The notes under the pieces are model-generated. The model was given only the letters and a program-made list of their open reading frames with translations, had not been told where the DNA came from and made no database searches. A stretch of 36,264 nt of DNA from Octopus bimaculoides (Eukaryota): assembly GCF_001194135.2 (NCBI RefSeq), contig NC_068994.1, positions 46,120,514 through 46,156,777 on the forward strand, read 5' to 3'. Shown in pieces: positions 14,031 through 25,284 of the stretch; positions within the stretch are counted from its first letter, which is position 1; each line of letters opens with the position of its first letter. Both the position numbers and the translations under genes were made by a program.

Positions 14031-14852
14031 AAATTCAAATAAATTCCTATAACTCAGAGAAATCTAATCTCTCATGAAATAGGTCTTTTATGGATTTTAG
14101 TGTGTGTTCAAAACCGTACCATACTGGCTATTGGTTGTAAATGACAGATTGATTGACAGACTGACTGATTGACAGACTGACTGATTGACCCGGTGTTTAC
14201 GGTTGTGTTTAACTCCCCTTGCTTTATTTTACTTCATTTGAATTAATTTTGATGAATCTTGCCTCTAACAATATTAAAATATTTCTTATGGCTCCAACAG
14301 ACAAAATGGAAAAAGCGTTGCTCCAAAGAATGACGAGGGGGTACTAAATGTCCTTTAGGTAACGCATTGGCTTTCCTAGTGACCAAAAGTGACAAGCTAT
14401 CAGGCACTTTACAAAACCAGTGTGTAAGCAGAAGTAATAAAAGTATATGACTTTTTAGTTTTTAATTTTGTATCTATATCAGCTTGCGAGCTGTGACCGT
14501 GCCAGGGCATCGATGAGTTATGAGATTGGTGCTCAGTTGTATCAAACATGCTGCTAGCCGTGATGACGATTCACAGGCGCAATTCCGCTACTGCTTGACA
14601 CGAAATCTTTTATCTGTTACGTTTCCGCCGAATAGAATCCTCCTCAGACAATTTTTTCGTAATGAACCCAATAGAATTCCAATACTTAAAAGTAAAGATA
14701 ACATGGATGCGTACACACATTTATCTTTCCATAAGTGCACATACAAACATATAATCACCTATACATGCATGTTGATATACACACATGTATATACATATAC
14801 ACACATATAAATATGTACATACGTACATACAGTCATACATATATACATATAT

Positions 14853-15035
14853 CATCATCATCATCTTCATCATTATCATCATCATTATTATCACCATCAT
14901 CATCACCATCGTTTAACGTCCGCTTTCCATGCTGGCATGGGTTGGACGGTTTGACAGGATCTGGTTACGCAGAAGACTGCACTAGACTTCTGTGTCAGTT
15001 TTGGCATGGTCTCTACAGCTGGATGCCCTTCCAAA
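14853..15035 (-). mobile_element. 3' end of a SINE or LINE with a (GAT)n tail
   Basis: Minus strand reads gaagggcatccagctgtag...aaaccgtccaacccatgccagcatggaaagcggacgttaaacg followed by (gat)n. Confidence 0.7.
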
Positions 15036-15039
15036 CATG

Positions 15040-15345
15040 CACGCATACATACATACATACATACATGCATACATGCATACATACATACATGCATACATAC
15101 ATGCATGCATACATACACACATACGTATACATGCATGCATACATACACACATACGTATACATGCATGCTTATACATGCATACATACACACATACGCATAC
15201 ATACATACATACATACATGCATACATGCATACATGCATACATACATACATGCATACATACATGCATGCATACATGCATACATACATACATGCATACATAC
15301 ATGCATGCATACATACACACATACGTATACACGCACACATATATA
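15040..15345. repeat. Degenerate (CATA/CATG)n tract with about 30-bp higher-order duplications
   Basis: Unit catacatacacacatacgtatacatgcatg occurs in tandem near 15110-15168 and partially again near 15310. Confidence 0.9.
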
Positions 15346-15553
15346 TACAAATGAAATAAACAGACAAAATAAACAGCAGAGGTACTTTGCCCCACGAAAA
15401 AACTGCAGGAGCTACACAGAGGTTTTTCAAGCTCGTCTAAATGCACTGCAATGCTGGAAACCCTTCCGTGCTGACAATACGGAAGGGTCAAATATAAAAG
15501 AACTTATACAAATAGTTACCCTAAATTTTGAGGAAAAAATAAACGTCCATTAC

Positions 15554-15671
15554 TTATCTGTCAGTTCTTTCATTTGTAATAGGTGAGCTGCAGCTAAAAC
15601 AGGGATTATCTGCTTAACATTGGTTAATTCCACTTCGTCTTGGTAGAGGCTTGCTAACGCCACGGCCAACC
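15554..15671 (-). CDS. BTBD16: BTBD16-like coding exon 5 (118 nt), BTB core: (G)LAVALASLYQDEVELTNVKQIIPVLAAAHLLQMKELTD(K/N)
   Basis: Acceptor cctgtatttacctacag|GG. Donor TAA|gtaatg (phase 2). AL-x-SLY-x-DEV ... VLAAAHLLQ is the typical BTB helix motif of the germ cell-less/BTBD16 family. This exon is absent from the ORF track because it is short. Confidence 0.9.
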
Positions 15672-15752
15672 CTGTAGGTAAATACAGGCACGATGCGTTC
15701 AGATAAATATAAATATGTGTGTATATGTGTACGTATGTGTGTGTTTATATGC

Positions 15753-15870
<118 letters not shown>

Positions 15871-15871
15871 A

Positions 15872-16339
15872 TATAAAAGATGGGCTACAGCAAATATTCT
15901 GCTCAATACCACAGATTTGCTTGTCAGTTGTTTGACCTTAACCAGTTGAGCATGTCCCTTGGTGGCTGACGATATGTGCATCTCTGATCATGAGTAGAAG
16001 TAGTGGGGGAGCATCATAGCCATGTGTTGAGCGGAATTCTTTGGGGTTTGAATAATTCACCTTTGGAAACATGGGTGTTTTGCTCAATATCCTTAAACAA
16101 ACCTTATTCATGGACCTTTTGAGCGGGATGGGCTACTCGACCGGAAGAAAATTCTAGCTGGTCCCCACCTGCAAGGTCATGCGTTGTTTATTTTGATATG
16201 AGATCACCATGTCACGCACATATGGTTGTGATACATGTGCCTGGTGTACCCTTATCAAACGGGTAGTCATGATGGGTATAATGGGCTTCGTATATTTTAC
16301 CCCAGTGTCACTTTGATGGCATGCACTGCTCTCTCACTC
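15872..16339. mobile_element. Unclassified interspersed element of about 470 bp flanked on both sides by (TAA)n
   Basis: High-complexity, more GC-rich block with sharp borders at TAA tracts. It resembles an octopus repeat I recall. No ORF or TIR seen. Confidence 0.6.
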
Positions 16340-16344
16340 AATAA

Positions 16345-16578
16345 TCATAATAACAATAATAATCCTTTCTGCTATAGATGCAACGGTCTGAAATTGTTAG
16401 GGAGGTGACTAATTGATTACATCATCCCTAATGTTTCACTGTTACTTAATTTATCAATTCCGAAAGGATGAAAGGCAAAGTCAACCTCGGCGGAATTGGA
16501 ACTCAGTACGTAGCGACGGGCGAAATTCTGCTAAGCATTTCGTCCAGCGTGCTAACGACTCTGCCAGCTCGCCCCCTT
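16345..16578 (-). mobile_element. tRNA-derived SINE (family A), near full length
   Basis: cctttct...gaaaggatgaaaggcaaagtcaacctcggcggaattggaactcag...ctgccagctcgccccctt. Confidence 0.88.
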
Positions 16579-16579
16579 A

Positions 16580-16712
16580 ATAATAATTATTATTCTTTTC
16601 TACTCTAAGCACAAGGCCCGAAATTTTGGAGGAGGGGATCAGTCTATTATATCGACCCCAGTATGCAACTGGTACTTAATTTATCAAACCCTAAAGGATG
16701 AAAGGCAAAGTC
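16580..16712 (-). mobile_element. Headless family A SINE abutting the previous copy
   Basis: ctactctaagcacaaggcccgaaatttt...atcgaccccagt...ggatgaaaggcaaagtc, then truncated at a poly-T run. Confidence 0.82.
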
Positions 16713-17030
16713 TGTTTTTTTTTTTTTATAAACCTAAATCTGTCCTCAAATATCTTACGCACTCTGTATATGTATACGTATATATATATATATATATATA
16801 TATATAGCATGCGGTGAAGAAACTGTCGTCTAAATTATGCAGAAATTAAAATAACACTGATATCATTTTAACACAGATATGTTTACCAGATGTTAGGAGT
16901 GATGTGGTCGCAAAAAGTTGTCTGACACCCATTTTGTTATTTCGGTCACATATACGCCATGGAAACGAGACAACCGATTTCTGAGACTTTGGGATCGAGA
17001 AAAATTTTCAAGTAAATAAGCACAACTCAC

Positions 17031-17348
17031 CTTTCTTTGTCAACTTGGGATCTTCCGCTTCCAAATCCATGTGAAACATCTCAGCTGGAATATAATCTCT
17101 CAAATCTAAGGCCGAATCTGCAGAATTCCGTCTTATACCACTCACCGTTAACCGGTTGTCGAGAATTTTTGAGCTTCTCGACTTCAGGTGAATGTCACTG
17201 GCAGATTTTGGTTTCCTCAACAAACCTTGCTTGGAGCTGTCGTTTGACTTTCCGCGAGGTCTTACAAATAAATCCAGGAGAACTGACGATTTGTCTATGT
17301 TACTGCTATGGAGATTCCATCTGACTCCGAGACAATGTAAACTAATAT
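17031..17348 (-). CDS. BTBD16: BTBD16-like coding exon 4 (318 nt, symmetric phase 1/1), N-terminal half of the BTB domain plus an insertion: (D)ISLHCLGVRWNLHSSNIDKSS...MDLEAEDPKLTKK(G)
   Basis: Polypyrimidine tract ttccttttcctgctctccttattctcag|AT. Donor AAG|gtgagt. Uninterrupted frame. PDISLHCLGVRWNLH and DPKLT match the BTBD16/GCL-type BTB pattern (D-x-x-L-x-x-LG-x-x-W-x-LH ... DP-x-x-T). Confidence 0.88.
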
Positions 17349-17405
17349 CTGAGAATAAGGAGAGCAGGAAAAGGAAAATAAAAATATTTTACAGCAAATA
17401 AGGGT

Positions 17406-17407
<2 letters not shown>

Positions 17408-17486
<79 letters not shown>
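17408..17486. repeat. (TG)n tract of about 39 units, read as (CA)n in the pre-mRNA about 60 nt upstream of the exon 4 acceptor
   Basis: Directly visible. Confidence 0.95.
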
Positions 17487-17487
<1 letters not shown>

Positions 17488-18067
17488 ATTGTTTTGCGAG
17501 ATGGTTTACGATGTGAGTAAGTGAGTGTTAGTGTGTGTGTGTTGTTGTGTCTGTGTGTGTTTGCGTGTGTGTATCTGTGTGTATCTGTGTATTTACATAC
17601 ATGTGTGGGAGTGATGGTTTGTGGTGTATCATGCTGGCTGGTTGGTTGGTTGGTTGGTTGGTTGGTAGCTTAGTTGGCTGGCTGGTTGATCGGGTGGCTG
17701 GTCAGTTGGTGGGAGGGTAACGGTGCTGACTGGTAGCGCACACACAAACACATACATACATGTGTGCGTATGTGTGTGTGTGTGTGTGTGTGTGTGTCAT
17801 TTTGAGGAGTAATGAGAATATGTCAATTAGTGTGTTGATGTGTTGAGCAAAGCACTAGTACAGTTTGGGCTACCTAGTGTCATCCGCAGTTGGGGGTATA
17901 TTTCCGTTGGATCAACTTCAGGAACATCGTGCGGAATAAAGATTGTTTCATTAATTGATTGTGTGTATGTGTTTGTGTCTGTGTATGTATACACACTTAT
18001 ATATGTACGCACTCACACACGTACACACATACATACACACGCATATACATACATGTATTATATATTT

Positions 18068-18378
18068 TTTATCTTTTACTGGTGTCGATCATTAGATTAC
18101 GGCCATACTGGAGCAGCGCCTTGAAAAATTTTAGTCGAACGAATCTACCCAAGTATTTTATTTTAAGCTTGATATTTATTCTGTCGGAAACCTTTGCCGA
18201 ACCGTTAAGTTGCCGTTTCGGCAATAAGGGAGCGATAGAATAACTACCAGGCGTAGAACAAAACAAAATAAGGATAATAGCAAACATTGGGAGAGATTCG
18301 ATCGTCTAAACTTTTCAAGGTGCTGCTCCAGCATGGCCGTAGTCTAATGGCTGAAACAAGTAAAAGAAAAGATAAAAG
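18068..18378. mobile_element. Two family B SINE 3' halves joined in inverted orientation
   Basis: The left arm (about 18068-18215) is the reverse complement of the 3' half of the 11380 SINE, and the right arm (about 18215-18378) is the forward 3' half. Junction ttgccgaa-ccgttaagttgccgt-ttcggcaa. Confidence 0.75.
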
Positions 18379-19599
18379 AAGTTATATTCTTTTTTGAGAA
18401 CGGGAAGACTTCGACTTTTTCTATCCTTTTTTTTTAACCCGATAATTCTGCTTCGAGATCCACACTTCCAAACATGAATTATTTCACATCACATTCTCTC
18501 AGTGAAGTTTATATATTCTTACGGCATCATCAAATAACATCTGAAATATAAGATCTTCTCTACCCTGATGACTGAGGCTCGTCTCATCCAATGTTAAATG
18601 CATCCATTCGGCCGCTAAATTTATCAATATTATTATAGATCGCCGAGCCCCCAGAAACAGCTGTTGGACTTATAATACCTTTCTTCCACCCCTTTAATTT
18701 GGTCTGTTGTTTNNNNNNNNNNNNNNNNNNNNNNNNNNNNNNNNNNNNNNNNNNNNNNNNNNNNNNNNNNNNNNNNNNNNNNNNNNNNNNNNNNNNNNNN
18801 NNNNNNNNNNNNNNNNNNNNNNNNNNNNNNNNNNNNNNNNNNNNNNNNNNNNNNNNNNNNNNNNNNNNNNNNNNNNNNNNNNNNNNNNNNNNNNNNNNNN
18901 NNNNNNNNNNNNNNNNNNNNNNNNNNNNNNNNNNNNNNNNNNNNNNNNNNNNNNNNNNNNNNNNNNNNNNNNNNNNNNNNNNNNNNNNNNNNNNNNNNNN
19001 NNNNNNNNNNNNNTATATATATATATATATACATGTGTATATCTGTGCACGGGTGTATGTGTATATTATGCATTATGTACGTGTGAGTGTATGTAAGCAT
19101 ATATAATATGTAAGCATATATAACAGTGGAGATTGCGATTATAATCATTGGCACTGTTATCAAATGGTTATTGTAATTGTATTGGTCCCGTCTCAAACAC
19201 ACTCAGGATATTGTTATATCCTCTGCTTAATGTTATCATTCTATTATTGTAATCTGAAAGGTTCTGTAATTGTAGTAGAGAATGAATTTATCGTAACAAT
19301 ACAAATTTTAGCCGGTACTTAGTGCTTAATATTGGATATACAATTAGATCGTCATATTAAAAGGAAGAAGTAGAAAACAATTTAGAAATGTAATTCTATA
19401 GCCATAACAGTCGAAATAAAACTTCTGGCGAAACAATAACTCCATTTTTAGACTTAACATTGAGATGATTCAAAACAAAACAAAAGAGAGAAAGAGATCA
19501 CATTTTTCTATAACAAAGATGCTAATAAATAATTGTAATCACACGAATACAGTGAATTCCTCCACAGAAACAAAACGTCAATGGTGAAATATCTATCTT

Positions 19600-20165
19600 G
19601 GAAGTGACGGCAGTTCTTCGTGTCCGGTGTTCATGAAGAAAAGCGGCAAACCTCTAGGTTCTGGTGCACTTGGGGCAAATATGAAGGCTTGGGTCAGATG
19701 GAGATCGTGAAGATGACTCTTTCCTTCTATTGACGTCTCTCATCCGCAGCAGTGGCTCTAGTCTTCTCAAAGTTGTTGGCAGCTATCTGGAAGCAGTCCC
19801 GCTACATCATCTTCTGTGCTACGAATCCCTCCCACTCTGTGGGGTCCATCCATGCCTAAGTGAGCTGGCATTCCCGATGGTCTTTGAAACACTTACAGCG
19901 AGAGAGTTCCTCTATCTCTTTTGCCATGACTGAGCTCTCTGTGGAATACAGCCTTCGGCGTTCTGGATTTTTCCATGCGTGAAACGTGGTTTACTCGTCT
20001 GAATTATCTGAGTAGCAGCATGGTTTTTCAATTTTCGGGACATTGGCCTGCTGGAGGACTTCGTTGTTGGTGAGGTGTCCCTTCCACGAGATGTCCATGA
20101 TGGAGTAAAGCCATCTCTAGTGGAAGCATTTCAGCAGCTTGACCAGCTTGCTGTACCGCACCCAA
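19600..20165 (-). mobile_element. Decayed RTE-clade (BovB-like) LINE, 3' end of the ORF
   Basis: TWVRYSKLVKLLKCFH*RWLYSIMDISWKGHLTNNEVLQQANVP, then HVSRMEKSRTPKAVFHRELSHGKRDRG and ICPKCTR (C-terminal zinc-finger). These are typical RTE motifs, with stops and frameshifts. Confidence 0.8.
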
Positions 20166-21914
20166 GTCATTGATAACGGTAACGAAACCGTTTCCACTCA
20201 AGACAGTCGCTACATGGTGACAGTCAACTCTGGTGGGAGACTTGGATTGGTCTAAATTGGTCAGCATCTCAACAAAGTCATAATTATTTTTAATCTTCTC
20301 TACGCTATGTAGCACGTGTAGAAGGTTATTCTGGATGGATTTGATGGAAATCATACAATAATGTTTAACACCAACGTTACCGAGAATAGGCGCTACCTAC
20401 AATACAAATACATTGGTAAAAAGTCTTTAAGCCGAGTTATGAGCCAATGTTATCGGTTACACCAACTTTGATCACGTTCGTTATTAGCAGCGCTCCAACT
20501 CCTGGCTTACTAACAGCTGCGATAGACAACTGCCGAAGCCATGACAAACAGGTCTGGCATATAAACGTAAAACTCGTAGAACAACCCAACCAAATACAGT
20601 GACTCCTGTATTTCAGCAGCGGTTGTCAGCTTTTCAGAAAACTTCCCCTGCATAGGCGAAGCTGTCAAACTATGCATTGAAGTGCACTGTCACTAGTCTA
20701 CCACTGCACCCAAACAGTAGGCCAAATTGTCGCTAAAATAATGTACAGATCTACTTCGATTGGGAAGCATGCGGCCTATCAAACACTGAGTTGTCGGTTT
20801 GTTTCCGTCTGTATTATACCTAATACCTATGCTACTGTGGGCTCTCGAAGATCTTTTCTCCCTTTTTGTCCAAAAGTATTCGCTTTAACGTCTACAACAC
20901 AATCTTTGTATTTCACATTAAAGAAATCGTCGAACGCTACTTTTCCTGCTAGCTACTTTCATGCGATACCTTTCTTAAAGGCTTCTTGTACAGCATCTAA
21001 TAGCTGACCCCACTATATCTCATAATATGTTATCTATCACCAACCCCTTACTAAATATTACTGACTCATCTGTAATCTTTCTCATTGAGAAAATTCACCA
21101 TTCATTGGTGATTATTAACCTCGTCATTTATCACCCAACTCGCTAATTCGGTCTCTGAAAGAGAGAAAATGTATCTAGCGTTCAGCAACTGGGCCACTGG
21201 CCATGTGTCTCATTTAAATTGACCGTTAGACCCCAGACTTGTGGTCTTTGTAATCAGTTATCATTCAATGAGGCCACATACTCTATCCTTACCTAATAGC
21301 TTAACAAAATTTTAAAGACTAACAAAATGACCTGGTGAGGTTTGTTCCAAATCCACATCAGTGCATTCGAAAAATCCAGACGATATCACTCAGACACTTA
21401 GAATCGCTTGCCAATATCAATTATGTCGTCAGATATCAGACAGAAAAATAACCTCAAATTTATAATTAAAAATTGTTTCAAATATCACTCAAATAATGTA
21501 ATCTCACCAGCCTCATTTAATTGCGTGTAATCAAACAGCAATAATTGACAATTATCAAGTTACATCAAATCGTTATGCCAACTAAAATAATTACTTTAAT
21601 TAGTCTAATAGTATCAATTAAGTTTATGTCTTTTAACTACTTCCATTTGATTATAGTTTTATTTCAATTTTTCTTTCTATCTCACTCCTTCTGGGTGATT
21701 ATCCACTGACTGATACACCCCGTCATAGTCAACTCATCTAAATTATTCCTAACATTTTGAAGATGATGAACCATGTTTTTGATTAGAGAAGCGCGTGGTC
21801 GTCGAGTTCAAAGACGTTTCGTTGCATATTGGGTAGGTGAATTAATGCTACACTTCACCAAACTAAGAGTAATGATATCTAAATTTGGGGGGAGGAAGTA
21901 CAGCCTGTAGAAAG

Positions 21915-22033
21915 CCGCGGGGTCGATAAATTAAGTTGAGTACTAGGATCGATGTAACCGAGTAGTCCCCTCGCCCCGAAATTTCAGGTCTTGTGCTTAT
22001 AGCAGAAAGGATTATTATTATTATTATTATTAA

Positions 22034-22066
<33 letters not shown>

Positions 22067-22068
22067 CG
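21915..22068 (+). mobile_element. Family A SINE 3' half with a (TTA)n tail
   Basis: ggggtcgataaattaag...gatcgatgtaaccga...aaatttcaggtcttgtgcttatagcagaaagg followed by (att)n. Confidence 0.8.
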
Positions 22069-22280
22069 CATTTAGACTTCTCTGATGACAGGTTTTTCTT
22101 TTAGATCCATTTAGGCACCGTTTCTGGCAATAAAACCAGGTAATCATCTCCATTTATCTGTAGTGAGGGATGTATTTTTTTTCTTTTTATATGCCAGTGA
22201 ATATATCTAATCAGTTATGGGAAAAGAGAAAAATTTTACACGTATGTGTGAGTCTGCGTGTGTGAGTTTGCATATGTGTA

Positions 22281-22321
<41 letters not shown>

Positions 22322-22570
22322 ATGCTTGTGCATGATAATGTTCTGTGTGTGCGTATGCTTGAGTGCCTCTATGTTTGTACATTATATTATATTACCAGTA
22401 AATTTGTTATCCCTACCGCCAAAAGCTTGCCTAAAGAAGCAGTGTCTATGTATGTATATATATGTACGTATGTACATAGGTCTATATACGTATGTGTGTG
22501 AGCATATTAAAATGAATTATTTTAGTACATAAATAAGTATATACATATACATATAAATATAAATATATAC

Positions 22571-22615
<45 letters not shown>

Positions 22616-24304
22616 NNNNNNNNNNNNNNNNNNNNNNNNNNNNNNNNNNNNNNNNNNNNNNNNNNNNNNNNNNNNNNNNNNNNNNNNNNNNNNNNNNNNN
22701 NNNNNNNNNNNNNNNNNNNNNNNNNNNNNNNNNNNNNNNNNNNNNNNNNNNNNNNNNNNNNNNNNNNNNNNNNNNNNNNNNNNNNNNNNNNNNNNNNNNN
22801 NNNNNNNNNNNNNNNNNNNNNNNNNNNNNNNNNNNNNNNNNNNNNNNNNNNNNNNNNNNNNNNNNNNNNNNNNNNNNNNNNNNNNNNNNNNNNNNNNNNN
22901 NNNNNNNNNNNNNNNNNNNNNNNNNNNNNNNNNNNNNNNNNNNNNNNNNNNNNNNNNNNNNNNNNNNNNNNNNNNNNNNNNNNNNNNNNNNNNNNNNNNN
23001 NNNNNNNNNNNNNNNNNNNNNNNNNNNNNNNNNNNNNNNNNNNNNNNNNNNNNNNNNNNNNNNNNNNNNNNNNNNNNNNNNNNNNNNNNNNNNNNNNNNN
23101 NNNNNNNNNNNNNNNNNNNNNNNNNNNNNNNNNNNNNNNNNNNNNNNNNNNNNNNNNNNNNNNNNNNNNNNNNNNNNNNNNNNNNNNNNNNNNNNNNNNN
23201 NNNNNNNNNNNNNNNNNNNNNNNNNNNNNNNNNNNNNNNNNNNNNNNNNNNNNNNNNNNNNNNNNNNNNNNNNNNNNNNNNNNNNNNNNNNNNNNNNNNN
23301 NNNNNNNNNNNNNNNNNNNNNNNNNNNNNNNNNNNNNNNNNNNNNNNNNNNNNNNNNNNNNNNNNNNNNNNNNNNNNNNNNNNNNNNNNNNNNNNNNNNN
23401 NNNNNNNNNNNNNNNNNNNNNNNNNNNNNNNNNNNNNNNNNNNNNNNNNNNNNNNNNNNNNNNNNNNNNNNNNNNNNNNNNNNNNNNNNNNNNNNNNNNN
23501 NNNNNNNNNNNNNNNNNNNNNNNNNNNNNNNNNNNNNNNNNNNNNNNNNNNNNNNNNNNNNNNNNNNNNNNNNNNNNCATATATATATATACAAATTTAT
23601 GTTGGTTTCAATCTTTTATTTGTTTCCATTTATTTCTCTTAATTATATGCATTTACACATTTTGTTTTTGGGACAAAAATAAGCTTTCCAAATATTGATA
23701 GAAAGTAGAAAGATAAAAACACAAAGAGGCAAAGAGAATTAGTGACACGGAAAAAACATTACGAAAAAGATTTAAGAAAGACTATAACTTGTATTTGGAT
23801 TATATTTTTCCTGCAGAAATAAAATTTTGAAACAAGATTTTGTAATATATTTAAATTGATAGTATTTGGTGGGAAAAAATATTCAATTACCTTTTTTTTA
23901 GAAAAAAAAAAGTCATTTCAATATTAGATAAACAATTGATTTTTATAAGAACCTCCCCGCCGCACTTGATATTTTAATAACTATGTTTATGTAATAACTG
24001 GCTTTGTATTACATCTGTTTTGTATAACATTTATTTTGCGTGCATACAAATAACGTTATGCAATATGTGTAATGCATTATGTAACAAATCACTTTTACAA
24101 AAATATTTGTTATGTAATAGAGTAATAGTTACAAACTGCAGCAGGCTTGATGAATAACTGAGTTGGGAGGATTGGAGGGAGTGGTCCTGTCAGAAGGTTG
24201 TCGAAATCGCTACAATCTCCAGTTGACAGTTGATGAAGGACATATCCTTTTTAGTGCAAGCTATGTATAAAATACCAAAATATTCATTATGTTATATTTG
24301 CAAA

Positions 24305-24460
24305 GCGACAAGTTGACTGAGTCGTTAGATAGTCAGACAGAATATTTTGGTAGTATTCGTTCTGGATCTTTGCGCAGAGATTTCAAGTCGCACCGAAATC
24401 AACTTTGCCTTTCATTCTTTCGGGTTAAGTGAATTACTAGGCCAGTAATTGAGTCGTTTC
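24305..24460 (+). mobile_element. Diverged family A SINE
   Basis: caactttgcctttcattctttcggg, preceded by an eroded tRNA-like head. Confidence 0.55.
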
Positions 24461-24659
24461 TTCTTTTTCGCTCTTGTCTTTTTCGTTTCTTTCTAGAAAA
24501 TTATCAGCTTTGGTCTCACATAGAGACAGGTGGTCTCCGCTAGGTTTAAATGCCAAAGATATGCTATATGACTCGACGGCACCCCCATCGATTTCATCAG
24601 AAGTTAAAGACTTAAGGAACAAAGGTTGTACTACGTTCCAAAAAAAAATCAACCAAAAG

Positions 24660-24715
24660 CACTGGAAGGTGCTCCAGCATGGCTGCAGTCACACGACTAA
24701 AACCAATAAAGAGAC
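24660..24715 (+). mobile_element. Family B SINE 3' terminus
   Basis: ggtgctccagcatggctgcagtca..gactaaaacc. Confidence 0.55.
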
Positions 24716-25284
24716 CATGAAATATATAATAGATAACATATTTGTTGTGGATTATATCCATATAGGTTATTTTGATGGTGTTGTGGTTGATAGTTGCAGA
24801 CAACTTATGATTAACAGCATTCCAACCTGCTTTTCGTATATTAAGGCAAAGATTGTCCAATATAGACAGCTATTTAAGGGATTCGTGCTCTACTGGCTAA
24901 CAGAATTACCGGCTGTATGCTTTCTATTTCGTTAGTTGGTGCTGTTAATGGTGGAAGATCGATAGCCACAGTAATTTATCATTTATTCAATCTGTCCCTT
25001 TACTGGTATATAGATCTAATTAAATGTTCGTCATTCTGTTTGTACGCCTGTTTGTCTGTTTGACTGTCTACCTGTCTGTCTATTAATCAAACTCTCTAAT
25101 AGACTAAATATATAATAGAACTGGAAGAAAATTCCTTTGGGACACATTCTGCATGAACAATTAATAGTAAAGCAGGGACTAGCATACTTGATATAGTAAA
25201 CCAAGAAATTTACTTTGTTGAACTCATATCCTTGTACTAAGGATGTGAATAATAATTTCTAAATAATTAATGATGATAATAATT

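Noticed and set aside
14332-14360. acgagggggtactaaatgtcc, mariner-TIR-like
   Set aside because: Too short and degenerate, lacks the TA target and has no partner end.
15461-15487. Perfect 9-bp hairpin cccttccgt/acggaaggg near the exon 5 donor (similar 8-bp one near 12611-12632)
   Set aside because: Short isolated inverted repeats of this size are expected by chance in 36 kb.
21285-21420. Donor-like TAG|GTAAGG with upstream VISSGFFECTDVDLEQ
   Set aside because: The frame is closed by stops and there is no polypyrimidine acceptor.
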